A DNA stretch of 64,000 nt, taken from contig CAVQXP010000004.1 in the NCBI GenBank assembly GCA_963717935.1, positions 128,001 to 192,000 on the forward strand. The letters are read 5' to 3'. Positions 28,940 to 38,171 of the stretch are shown piece by piece. This DNA is from Candidatus Eiseniibacteriota bacterium. Lineage in GTDB: Bacteria; Eisenbacteria; RBG-16-71-46. Both the position numbers and the translations under genes were made by a program. Below the pieces are notes generated by a model, which ran no database searches, had not been told where the DNA came from, and saw only the letters and a list, made by a program, of their open reading frames with translations. Position 1 is the stretch's first letter; each line of letters starts with the position of its first letter.

Positions 28940-30375
28940 CTACCCGATCCGCCCCATCTCGATCGCGTGCGTGGGCAGCGAGCCGGGCGAGGGGCGTGCC
29001 GCGCGCGCGAGGAACCGTCCGGCGCCGCGCTCGACGTCGAGCCTGCCGCCGGCGAAGCAGACGCGCCCGTTCACGATGACGTGGGTCGGGCTCCCCTTCA
29101 CGGCGAAGCCCTCGTAGGGGTTGCGGTCGCACTTCGAGTGGTGGGTCTTCGCGCTGCGCACCGACGTGCCGGCTCGGGTCGTAGAGCACCAGGTCGGCGT
29201 CGCTGCCGACCGCGATCTCGCCCTTGCGCGGGTAGAGCCCGAAGATGCGGGCCGGGTTCGTGCTGCCGAGCGCCACCATGCGCTGCAGGTCGAAGCGGCC
29301 CTCGCACACGCCGTAGGTGTAGAGCAGCTGGAGCCGGTCCTCGATCCCCGGCAGGCCGCCCGGGATCCTCGTGAAATCGTCCCGGCCCAGGCGTCTCTGC
29401 TCCATGGTGAACGGGCAGTGGTCGGTGCCGACCGTGTCCAGCACGCCGCCGGCCAGCCCGCTTCCACAGCGCCTCGTGGTGGCCGCGGCCCGCCGGGCGG
29501 ATGGGCGGGCTGCAGACGTAGGCCGCAGCTTCGAAATCCGGCTTCGCGAACACGGTGTCGTCGAGCAGCAGGTACTGCGGGCAGGTTTCGCCGTAGCAGC
29601 GCTCCCCCGCGGCGCGCGCGCGCGCCAGGGCCTCGACCGCCTCGCGGCAGGTCATGTGCACGATGTAGACCTCGGTGCCGTGGAGCTTCGCCAGCACCAG
29701 CGCGCGGTGCGTGGCCTCGCCCTCGAGGCAGCTCGGCCGCGAGACCGGGTGGAACTCCGGACCGAGGTCGCCCCGGGCGCGCAGATCCTGCTGGAGCGCG
29801 GCCACCGCGTCGCCGTTCTCGGCGTGCACCAGCACCACCGCGCCCAGCCTCGCGGCGTGCTTCATGACCTGGTAGAGCTCGCCGTCGTCCACCATCAGGG
29901 TGCCCTTGTAGGCCATGAGCACCTTGAACGAGGGAATGCCGTGCTCGGCGACCACCGCGCGCATCTCGCCGGCGGTCCGTTCGTCCCAGCCCGTGATGCC
30001 CATGTGGAACGTGTAGTCGGCGACCGAGCCCTTCGCCTGCTCGCGCCGGGTGCGCAGCGCCTCGAGCAGGGACTGGCCGCGGTCCGGCACCACGAAGTCC
30101 ACGATGGTGGTGGTGCCGCCGGCCACGCCGGAGGCCGTGCCGGTCTCGAAGTCGTCGGCCGAGACGGTGCCACCGACCGGCAGCGCCAGGTGCACATGCG
30201 GGTCCACGAAACCCGGGAAGACGAAGCGCCCCGAGGCGTCCAGCACCTCGTCCTTCGCGGAGCGCCGCTCGAGGTTCGGACCGATGGCGAGCACGCGGCC
30301 ATCGTCCGCGTAGAGGTCGGCGACGTAGCGCTCCGTCGCGGTCACGATCTCGCCCTGCTTGATCAACAGGCCCAT
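28940..30375 (-). pseudogene. hydA: Dihydropyrimidinase (D-hydantoinase) with two apparent frameshifts (~29460, ~29172)
   Basis: PGFVDPHVH, GGTTTIVDF, SFKVLMAY, VHAENG, ETCPQYL in one frame; GTDHCPF...GSDADLV in a second; HHSKCDRNPYEG...GRF in a third. May be sequencing error rather than a true pseudogene. Confidence 0.8.
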
Positions 30376-30511
30376 GACGCCTCCCCTCCCGGCGACTGCG
30401 CCCGGCGCTCCGTGCGGCGCGGCTCGGACGCCTGCCGCGGGCTACGGTACAGCATCCGCCCGTGGCGCACCGCCATCAAGAACTCCGGCGCGGCGAACCG
30501 GACCACGCAGG

Positions 30512-31084
30512 TCACCCGCCCCCCACCTTCCGCTTCACGTCCCGGAACAGAGCGCTCATGTGCTTCCAGGCGTAGCGTGCGTCGCGGCCACCGAGCCGCG
30601 CGAGCGGGACCCACTCGGCGCTGGCGGCATCGTCGGCGGCGCGGGGCACCCCCCTGCGCCAGCGGCCCAGGAAGTAGAAGTTCAGGGTCGGGATCCAGCC
30701 GAAACCCCTGAGGAAATAGCGGTCCCAGTAGATGCCGAGCGACTCGACGCGCCCGAGCGTGAGACCGGTCTCCTCCTCGAGCTCGCGCCGCGCGGCGCGC
30801 TCGATGCTCTCGTCGGCGTCCATGAAGCCACCCGGCACGTCGAGGCGGCCCCGGCGCGGCGCGTGCGCCCGGCGCAGGAGCAGCACGGCGTCGTCCTTGA
30901 GCACGACGAGGCCCGCGCACGGCCGCGGATAGTCGTAGATCAGGTAGCCGCAGCGCGCGCAGCCGATCTTGCGCGGGCGCCCGCCCGCGGTGCGGCGCAC
31001 GGGGCGGCCGCAGCGCGCGCAGGGGAAGGCGGGGCCGCGGCCCCGCGGCCCGGTCCGGCCGCGCTTCGCAGCCACGGCGCTCAC
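30512..31084 (-). CDS. NUDIX hydrolase with N-terminal zinc ribbon
   Basis: CARC...CARC and Nudix box GGFMDADESIERAARRELEEETGL; start approximate. Confidence 0.88.
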   Translation of the reverse strand: MSAVAAKRGRTGPRGRGPAFPCARCGRPVRRTAGGRPRKIGCARCGYLIYDYPRPCAGLVVLKDDAVLLLRRAHAPRRGRLDVPGGFMDADESIERAARRELEEETGLTLGRVESLGIYWDRYFLRGFGWIPTLNFYFLGRWRRGVPRAADDAASAEWVPLARLGGRDARYAWKHMSALFRDVKRKVGGG

Positions 31085-31917
31085 GGCGCGCTCACCGTGA
31101 TGACCGCCGGCAGCGCCACGGGCGGCAACGGCGCGTCCCGCGGGGCGCGGCCGTGCTCCCACTGGCCGAAGCTGGCGTAGCGGAAGTGGGCGGTGCTCAC
31201 CACCATCTCGGCCTCCAGTCCGCCGTCCATGGCCATCGCCTGCGACAGCTCCAGCGGCAGGGTCTTCAGCAACTGGGCGAAATCCCAGAGCGTGTAGCCG
31301 CCCTCGCTCGTCAGGACGACGATCCTCCCGCCGCGGTCCTCGGCAACCGCGGTGCGGCCCGCGACCTGGTCACTGTGCCGCACGCGCACCGTGCCGTCGC
31401 GGTCGAAGAGCATGAAGGACTGCGCGACCTCGTCCCAGCCGAGCGAATCGGGGCCGAGCCGCTCTCGCGACAGGTCCAGCACCCGGATGGCCGGGCCGCC
31501 GGCGCGGGGACCCGCCACCAGCACGGCCTTGAACGTGGGGTGGGCCCGGCGCGAGATGACCTTGCCTCCGCTCGCCAGCAGGCCCATGTACGAATAGTCG
31601 CCGTAGTACTGGCCCGCGTTGAAGACGGCGAGCGCGTCGGTGCGCCGCTGCCACTCCAGGATGTCCAGCGGCCGCGACTCGGGCTCGCGGGTGAAGTGGC
31701 GGACGCGGATGCGCACGCGCGACGGGTCCAGGCGCAACGCGGCGACGGTGGCCGAGCCGTGGCGGCAGTAGGGCTCGCCGCGCAGCGTCGCGAACTCCAC
31801 GCCGGGCCGCAGCGTGCGCCAGTGCGGGCCACCAGCGCGCTGGGTGATGAGAAAGGCCCCGACCACGAGCGCGGCGAGCGCGCTCACCCGCGCTACGGGG
31901 AATCGCGAGCGCATCAT
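31081..31917 (-). CDS. Phosphodiester glycosidase (NAGPA-like) family exported protein
   Basis: N-terminal TM/signal, AVFNAGQY, RTAVA, AMAMDGG. Confidence 0.7.
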   Translation of the reverse strand: MMRSRFPVARVSALAALVVGAFLITQRAGGPHWRTLRPGVEFATLRGEPYCRHGSATVAALRLDPSRVRIRVRHFTREPESRPLDILEWQRRTDALAVFNAGQYYGDYSYMGLLASGGKVISRRAHPTFKAVLVAGPRAGGPAIRVLDLSRERLGPDSLGWDEVAQSFMLFDRDGTVRVRHSDQVAGRTAVAEDRGGRIVVLTSEGGYTLWDFAQLLKTLPLELSQAMAMDGGLEAEMVVSTAHFRYASFGQWEHGRAPRDAPLPPVALPAVITVSAP

Positions 31918-32178
31918 GCGGACAGTGTGACGGCCGCCCGCGGACCCGTCAACGGCGGCCCGGCGGCCGGACCCACCGGCCGGGAGCACGATCGGGGGCG
32001 GGTTCGGATCGCGAGCGGTGCGAGGCCGGCATCCGGGGCCATTCCGCGAACACGGCTCGCGCCGACATCCTGTCGGCGCTCTTCGCCTACCGCATGTCGG
32101 CCGGACGGCTTCCTGCCGTCCGGCCGACCCGCGGACGTTCGCTCCATGGCCCCGGATGCCGGCCTCGCACGTGCCTGA

Positions 32179-33267
32179 TCAGGCCCCGGAGGCGTACTTG
32201 CGCAGCGCCTCGCGCACGAGCAGCAGGTCACCGACGTTGTCCACGGTCACGAGACCGACGAGGCGCCCCTGCTCGAGCACGGGCACGACCGGGCAATCCT
32301 GTCCGCGCATGCGCGACACCACGCCCTCCAGGGGCTCGTCGGCGTCGGCACTGCACGGGTTGCGGCTCATGGCCTCCCCCACGGGCGCGTCCAGGCCCCG
32401 GCGTTCCAGCGCCGCGGCCAGCCCGGCGCGGGTCAACATCCCGCGCAGCATGGCGTCTTCCAGCACCGGGAAGTCCTGCTGGCTGCCGGTCATCAGATAC
32501 TCGACCGCGCGACGCAGCGGCTCGCGCGCATCGAGGTACCGGAAGTCGGTGAGCATCGCGGCCCGCACGGGGAGCCCGGTGAGCGAGGTGCGGGTCTGGA
32601 CCAGCGCGCGCTCCTCGCCCGCGGCGAGGAAGACGAACAGCGCCACGAACGCCAGCATCCAGTTGTTGAAGTAGAACAACCCGCCGACGCCGAGCAGCAG
32701 GGCCGCGCCCTGGCCGACGGCCGAGGCGATCTTCGTCGCCCGCAGGTAGGGCAGCCGCAGCGCCAGCAGCGCCCGCAGCACGCGCCCGCCATCCATCGGG
32801 AAGGCGGGGAAGAGGTTGAACAGCACCATCAGCACGTTGATCAGGAGCAGTCTCTCGATCAGACCGTCACCGAAGCGCGCGAAATCGGTCGGCCGCCCGG
32901 TGAGCGTCATGAGCATCACCAGCAGCGCCGCGATGATCACGTTCACCGCCGGGCCCGCAACGGCGACCAGCATCTCCTGCCCGGGCTTCTCCGGCATCCG
33001 CTCGAGACGCGCCACGCCGCCGATGGGCAGCAGCACGATGTCGCGCGTGGCGATGCCGAAGCGCCGCGCGGTCAGCGCATGGCCCAGCTCGTGCAGGACC
33101 ACGCAGCAGAACACCAGCAGCAGCAGCGCCACCGCCGCGGCCGCCCGCATGACGTCCCCGGTGAGGAGGCCCTGGTTGACGGCGATCCAGCCGATGAAGA
33201 GCAGGAAGGTGACGTGCAGTTCGACGCGGATGCCGAACAGCCTGCCGAGGTTGACGGACCAGCGCAT
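32179..33267 (-). CDS. Site-2 protease (M50) with tandem CBS domains
   Basis: HELGH, AVAGPAVN, FNLFPAFPMDGGR, C-terminal CBS pair. Confidence 0.93.
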   Translation of the reverse strand: MRWSVNLGRLFGIRVELHVTFLLFIGWIAVNQGLLTGDVMRAAAAVALLLLVFCCVVLHELGHALTARRFGIATRDIVLLPIGGVARLERMPEKPGQEMLVAVAGPAVNVIIAALLVMLMTLTGRPTDFARFGDGLIERLLLINVLMVLFNLFPAFPMDGGRVLRALLALRLPYLRATKIASAVGQGAALLLGVGGLFYFNNWMLAFVALFVFLAAGEERALVQTRTSLTGLPVRAAMLTDFRYLDAREPLRRAVEYLMTGSQQDFPVLEDAMLRGMLTRAGLAAALERRGLDAPVGEAMSRNPCSADADEPLEGVVSRMRGQDCPVVPVLEQGRLVGLVTVDNVGDLLLVREALRKYASGA

Positions 33268-33359
33268 GAGTCGCCTCCGGGACATCCGCAGTCTTGCACA
33301 GGGCTCACGGCCCCCGCCAGCCACGCGGACGAGCGCGTGGGTACTCGGCCGGTCGCCGG

Positions 33360-33500
33360 GGCGTCGCGGTGCGGGCAGGGCCGGTGGGCGAGCGTGTCCG
33401 TTGCCTGGCCGTTCGCCAGCGCGTCGCGGCGCGGGCAGGGCCGGTGGGCGAGCGTATCCGTTACCTGGCCACCCACCAGCCCTGCCCGCACCGCGACGCC
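33360..33500. repeat. 60-nt tandem duplication bounded by a 29-bp inverted repeat
   Basis: 33361-33420 closely matches 33421-33480; 33360-33388 pairs with 33472-33500 with one mismatch. Confidence 0.85.
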
Positions 33501-33523
33501 TCCGCCTCGTTCACCGCAATCCG

Positions 33524-34042
33524 TCAGGCCGCGCGGTCATCCTCGGCGGACTCGTCCTCGCCGGGCTCTTTGCCGGCATGGAAGTCCTCGGTGGGGAGGT
33601 CCTCGCCGCTGTCGAAGAAGCACGTCAGCGCATCGAGGTCGCGGTGTGCGTCCGCGTAGCCGGGGTTGATCCAGAGCGCGTGCCAGAGCAGCCGCAGGGC
33701 CATCTCCAGGCTCCCCACCTCGACGCAGGCCGAGCCGGCCTGGTGCCACAGCACCGGGTCGTGCGGCGAGCATGACAGCCCCCGCAGGGCGTACGAGAGA
33801 GCCTCCCGCTCCTCGCCATCGCGCAGGGCGCTCTCTGCCGCCTCGGCGAAGGCGCGCGCGGCCTCGGCGTTGGGCGCCGGGTCGAGTCCGGGAATGAGCA
33901 ACTCGAGTTCGCCCATCACCAGCTTCAGGGTGTGGGCCACATAGGGCTCGAGGCCCATGGATTTGCGCGTGAGCACGCGATCGGCCAGGTGGGCCAGCGC
34001 CCGCGTCACGTCGTTCAGGGTTGGTCGCGGCGAATCCGTCAC
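33524..34042 (-). CDS. TPR-repeat hypothetical protein
   Basis: EALSYALRGLSCSPHD..LW...ALWINPGYADA TPR-like pattern; acidic tail; GTG start approximate. Confidence 0.7.
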   Translation of the reverse strand: MTDSPRPTLNDVTRALAHLADRVLTRKSMGLEPYVAHTLKLVMGELELLIPGLDPAPNAEAARAFAEAAESALRDGEEREALSYALRGLSCSPHDPVLWHQAGSACVEVGSLEMALRLLWHALWINPGYADAHRDLDALTCFFDSGEDLPTEDFHAGKEPGEDESAEDDRAA

Positions 34043-34157
34043 GGCAGGTCTCCAGGGGACCGGAGCCGCGCCTGCCGCTCGTTGGTCGTCGCTGGACCCA
34101 CCCTTCGGTGGGCACCCAGCAGGGCGCAGGCGCGGAATGCTCACGGTCCTGCACCGG

Positions 34158-34184
34158 GTATCGGCACAAACGCAACGGACTTGA
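34158..34184 (-). promoter_or_regulatory. sigma28 (FliA/WhiG)-like promoter TCAA-N15-GCCGATAC
   Basis: Minus strand reads TCAA gtccgttgcgtttgt GCCGATAC, upstream of the TPR gene. Confidence 0.5.
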
Positions 34185-34216
34185 TGGACTTTGAGGAAGG
34201 AGCGGAAAGAGCGCGC

Positions 34217-35105
34217 TCAGTGCCGCGAGAAACGGGGTTCCACGACCCGCAGGAACTGCTCGAGCACGTTCCCCGAGACCCGCCGCCGGTACTCCCGGTC
34301 CGAGCGGATGTCGTCGATGGGCGCGATGTCCTCGAGCAGCGCCGCGCGCGCCGCGGCCGCCGCCGTGGCGGAAGGCCGGACCCCGAGCAGGACCCGCTCG
34401 GCGCCGCGCGCGCGGAGCGTGACGGGCGCCACGCTGCCGAGCGCCACGCGCGCGAGGTCCACCCGGCCGTCGCGTCCCAGGCGCAGCAGGCCGGCGAGGA
34501 CGACCTTCGAGATGCTCTGCGCGCGGCGCGTCCCCACCTTGCGGAAGAACTGCTTCGCGCGCGCGGGCGCCGGCGGCAGGCTCACCCCGACGATCAACTC
34601 GTCGGGCTCGAGTGCGAGGTCGCGGTAGCCGCGGAAGAGCGCCGTGAAGGGCACCTCGCGCGTGCCTCGCACCGAGCGCGCGTGCACCACGGCCTCGAGC
34701 GCCAGGAGCACGGGCAGCGAGTCGCCGGCCGGCGAGGCGTTGGCGATGTTGCCGCCCAGCGTCCCGCGGTTCTGGATCTGCCAGGCGCCGATCTCCGCGG
34801 CCGCGGCCGCGAGCGCGGGGTAGCGCCGCCGCACGATCGCGTCGCTCGCGGATCTCGCTGAAGGTGGTCAGCGCGCCGAGGACCAGCCGGCCACCCTGCT
34901 CGCGCACACCCCGCAATTCGCGCAGGCCCCACAGGTCGAGGAAGCGCCGCCCGGGCACCACACCCGAGTTGAGCGTGACGAAGAGGTCGGTGCCGCCGGC
35001 AAGCGGCACGAGCCGTCCGCCGGCGAGCGAGTCGTGCAGCAGCTTCAGCGCGTGAGCGAGGTCGCGCGGGCGCGCGACGTCGAGCGTGGAGAGCGCCGCC
35101 CTCAT
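34217..35105 (-). CDS. Xanthine dehydrogenase family FAD-binding subunit, frameshift near 34845
   Basis: LAGGTDL and GALTTF in one frame; QIQNRGTLGGNIANASPAGD and PIDDIRS in another. Confidence 0.85.
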
Positions 35106-35722
35106 CGCCCGGCCTGCTCCCTGCCGCGGATGGTCTTCGCCTTTCCCTTCGCCTTTCCCTTCGCCTTCCCCTTCGTCTTCGCCGGCTTCGCCTTCGCGCG
35201 CGCCGCCGGCCTCGCCGCGCGGGCGGGCCGCTTGCGGGCGGAGCCCTTCGCCTCCCGCGCCGCGGTTCTCACGGCGTTCACGATCATCTGATAGCCGGTG
35301 CAGCGGCAGAGGTTCCCGGCCAGCGCCACCCGCACCTCTTCGTCGCCGGGCACGCGGCCCTTTGCGCGCTGGAGCAGCGCGTGGGCGGTCACCAGGATGC
35401 CGGGCGTGCAGATGCCGCACTGGGTGCCGCCGCGCTCGACGAACGCGCGCTGGAGCACGGAGAGCGCGGGGCCCTTCGCGAGGCCCTCGACCGTCACGAT
35501 CTTCACGCCCCTGGCCTGCGACGCGGGCACCAGGCAGGAGTTCACGGGAACGCCGTCCATGAGCACCGTGCAGGCCCCGCACTCGCCCTCGCCGCAGCCC
35601 TCCTTGGTGCCGGTCAGGCCACAGTCCTCGCGCAGCACGTCCAGCAGCCGCTTCATGGGCGGCACGCGCACGCGCCGTCTCTTCCCGTTGACCGTGAGGT
35701 CCAGCGTCAGGACCGTGCTCAT
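35102..35722 (-). CDS. Xanthine dehydrogenase family (2Fe-2S) subunit with Lys/Ala-rich tail
   Basis: GTKEGCGEGECGACTV, QCGICTPG, GNLCRCTGY. Confidence 0.94.
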   Translation of the reverse strand: MSTVLTLDLTVNGKRRRVRVPPMKRLLDVLREDCGLTGTKEGCGEGECGACTVLMDGVPVNSCLVPASQARGVKIVTVEGLAKGPALSVLQRAFVERGGTQCGICTPGILVTAHALLQRAKGRVPGDEEVRVALAGNLCRCTGYQMIVNAVRTAAREAKGSARKRPARAARPAARAKAKPAKTKGKAKGKAKGKAKTIRGREQAGR

Positions 35723-38040
35723 GGCTTCTCCAGTCGCCCGAACAGCGCGCGGAGCAGCCGCTCGGGGGTGACCGGGATCTCGTCCACGCGCGCGCCGGTG
35801 GCGTGCGCGATGGCGGCCACGACCGCTCCGGCCGGGACGTCCATGGGCAGCTCACCCACGCCCTTCGCGCCAAATGGCCCGCCCGGGTATGGGTTCTCGA
35901 TGATCATCACGTCGAACGGCGGCGCGTCCACGGCCGTCGGGATGATGTAGTTCGTGAGCTGGTGGTTCCAGATGCGCCCGTCCTTCCAGCGCACCTCCTC
36001 GAGCAGCGCGTAGCCCAGGCCCTGGAGCGTTCCGCCTTCGATCTGTCCGACGCACAGCAGCGGGTGGATGGCCTTGCCGATGTCCTGCGCGGTGGTGACG
36101 CGGAGCACGCGCACCTCGCCGGTGTCGAGGTCGACCTCGACCTCGACCGTGATGGCCGCGTACGAGAAGCAGGGGTAGGCGTCGCCCTCGTAGGTGTCCT
36201 CGTCCCAGACGATGTGGGGCGGCTTCTGGTACCGCCGCTCGACGCGCAACGGCCCGCGCTCGGCAAGGAAGCGGCGCGCGACGCGCTGGAAGTCCGCGCC
36301 GCCGTCGATCGCGCGCTCGGCGAACAACTCGAGCCGCTCGCGCATCCCCCGCGCGCAGTCCTCGAGCAACCCGCCCACCACCATCGTGGTGCGAGAGGCC
36401 ACGGTCGGGCCGCTGTCCGGCACCATGCCGGTGTCCGGCGTCTGGACCAGCACCAGCCCGGGCGGCACACCCAGCCGCTCCGCCACCATCTGCGTGAACA
36501 CGGTGATGGCGCCCTGTCCGATCTCGGTGCTGGCGGCCAGCACGCGCGGGCGGCCCCCGGGCGCCAACTCGAGCGCGGCGAGCGACCGGAGCCTGACCTC
36601 GCCGCTGCCGGTGAAGCCCGCCCCGTGCCAGCCGAGCGCCAGCCCGATGCCGCGCCGCAGCCGGCGTCCGCCGGGCGCGAACCGGCCCGCGCGCTCGGCG
36701 CGCTCCGCGGCCGCGTTCTCGCGCTCGTAGCGGCGGCGCTTCCCGGCCCAACCCGCGCGCAGGACGGTGCGGTCGAGTACCTCGACCGCGCTGACGCTCT
36801 CGCGCAGGACCTGTCCGGTCGGCGTCACATCGCCCAGGACGTAGGCGTTGCGGCGGCGCAGGACGAACGGGTCGAGCCCCAGTTCGGCGGCGGCGCGGTC
36901 CATGTGGCTCTCCATCGCGTACACGGTCTGCGGCACGCCGAAGCCGCGGAAAGCCCCGTTGGGCGGCGTATTGGTCGCCACGCAGCGCGCACGGATCCTC
37001 ACGCTGGGGCAGCGGTAGGGCCCGGCCGCGTGGAGCGCGCCCCGCGAGAGCACCACCGGCGAGAGCGTCACGTAGGCGCCGCCGTCCATCACCGCATCCA
37101 CGTCGGTCGCCACCAGGGTGCCGTCGCGCTTGTGCCCGGTGCGCACGCGGATGATGGCGGGGTGGCGCTTGGTGGTGGAGGCGATGTCCTCCAGGCGGTC
37201 GTAGACGAGCTTCACCGGCCGGCCGCTCTTCCAGGCCAGCAGCGCCGCGTGCCCGCCGATCACGGAGGGGTAGTCCTCCTTGCCGCCGAATCCCCCGCCG
37301 GTGACCGTCTGGATCACGCGGATCTTCTCCGGCGGCAGCCCGAACATGCGCTGCAGCGCATGATGCACGAAGTAGGGGCACTGCATCGAGCCGCGCACGA
37401 CGATGCCGCCCTCGGCGGTGCGTTCGCCGATCATGCCGTTGTTCTCGATGTAGAGCTGCTCCTGGTGGCCGCAGCGGTAGACCCCTTCGACCACGACGTC
37501 GGCGGCCGCGAAGCCCGCCGCGAGGTCGCCACGCGCGATGTCGTACTCCTTGAAGACGTTGTCCTCGCCGTGGATCTTCACCCGCGCCGCGAGCGCGTCC
37601 TCGATCGAGAGCACGGCATCGAGCGGCTCCACCTCGACGCGCACGGCGGCAAGGGCGGCCTCGGCGCGCTCGGGATCGGCGTGCGCCAGCAGCAGGATGG
37701 CCTGGTCCGCGTGCTCGATCTCGCGCACGGCCAGCAGCGGCTGGTCCTCGAGGATGTGGGCCACGCAGTTCTCGCCCGGGATGTCCTTGTGGTCGGCGAT
37801 CACCACGCCGTTCCAGTCGAAGGCCGGGTCGAACTCGATGCGGCGGATGATCCCGCGCGCGACCGTGGAGCGCACGGTGCGCCCGTGGAGCATCCCGGGG
37901 AGCCTGAGGTCGTCCAGGTAGAGGGCGCGGCCGGTGACCTTGTCGACGCCGTCGCGCTTGGGGACGCTCACGCCCACGGCCGGCTCGGGCCGGAGCGTGG
38001 TCCCTGGGCGGCGGGTGCGGGGGCTGGAGGTGCGCGTCAT
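35719..38040 (-). CDS. Xanthine dehydrogenase family molybdopterin-binding subunit
   Basis: KVTGRALY, GGGFGGK, GAFRGFG, DSGPTVASR, GQIEGG, GAKGVGE; substrate unknown; start approximate. Confidence 0.93.
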   Translation of the reverse strand: MTRTSSPRTRRPGTTLRPEPAVGVSVPKRDGVDKVTGRALYLDDLRLPGMLHGRTVRSTVARGIIRRIEFDPAFDWNGVVIADHKDIPGENCVAHILEDQPLLAVREIEHADQAILLLAHADPERAEAALAAVRVEVEPLDAVLSIEDALAARVKIHGEDNVFKEYDIARGDLAAGFAAADVVVEGVYRCGHQEQLYIENNGMIGERTAEGGIVVRGSMQCPYFVHHALQRMFGLPPEKIRVIQTVTGGGFGGKEDYPSVIGGHAALLAWKSGRPVKLVYDRLEDIASTTKRHPAIIRVRTGHKRDGTLVATDVDAVMDGGAYVTLSPVVLSRGALHAAGPYRCPSVRIRARCVATNTPPNGAFRGFGVPQTVYAMESHMDRAAAELGLDPFVLRRRNAYVLGDVTPTGQVLRESVSAVEVLDRTVLRAGWAGKRRRYERENAAAERAERAGRFAPGGRRLRRGIGLALGWHGAGFTGSGEVRLRSLAALELAPGGRPRVLAASTEIGQGAITVFTQMVAERLGVPPGLVLVQTPDTGMVPDSGPTVASRTTMVVGGLLEDCARGMRERLELFAERAIDGGADFQRVARRFLAERGPLRVERRYQKPPHIVWDEDTYEGDAYPCFSYAAITVEVEVDLDTGEVRVLRVTTAQDIGKAIHPLLCVGQIEGGTLQGLGYALLEEVRWKDGRIWNHQLTNYIIPTAVDAPPFDVMIIENPYPGGPFGAKGVGELPMDVPAGAVVAAIAHATGARVDEIPVTPERLLRALFGRLEKP

Positions 38041-38171
38041 CCAGCGCAGGTTACGATGCCGGGCGGCGGTGGTCCAGATGGACCGCGGGGGCATCGACCG
38101 CGGGGGCGGGCGGAGCCGCGACCTCGGTGGTTCACCGCCGCGGAGCGTGGAGGTCCTGCGTGGCCAGGGCC

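Noticed and set aside
33340..33500. CRISPR array
   Set aside because: Only two near-identical units, no unique spacers and no cas genes.
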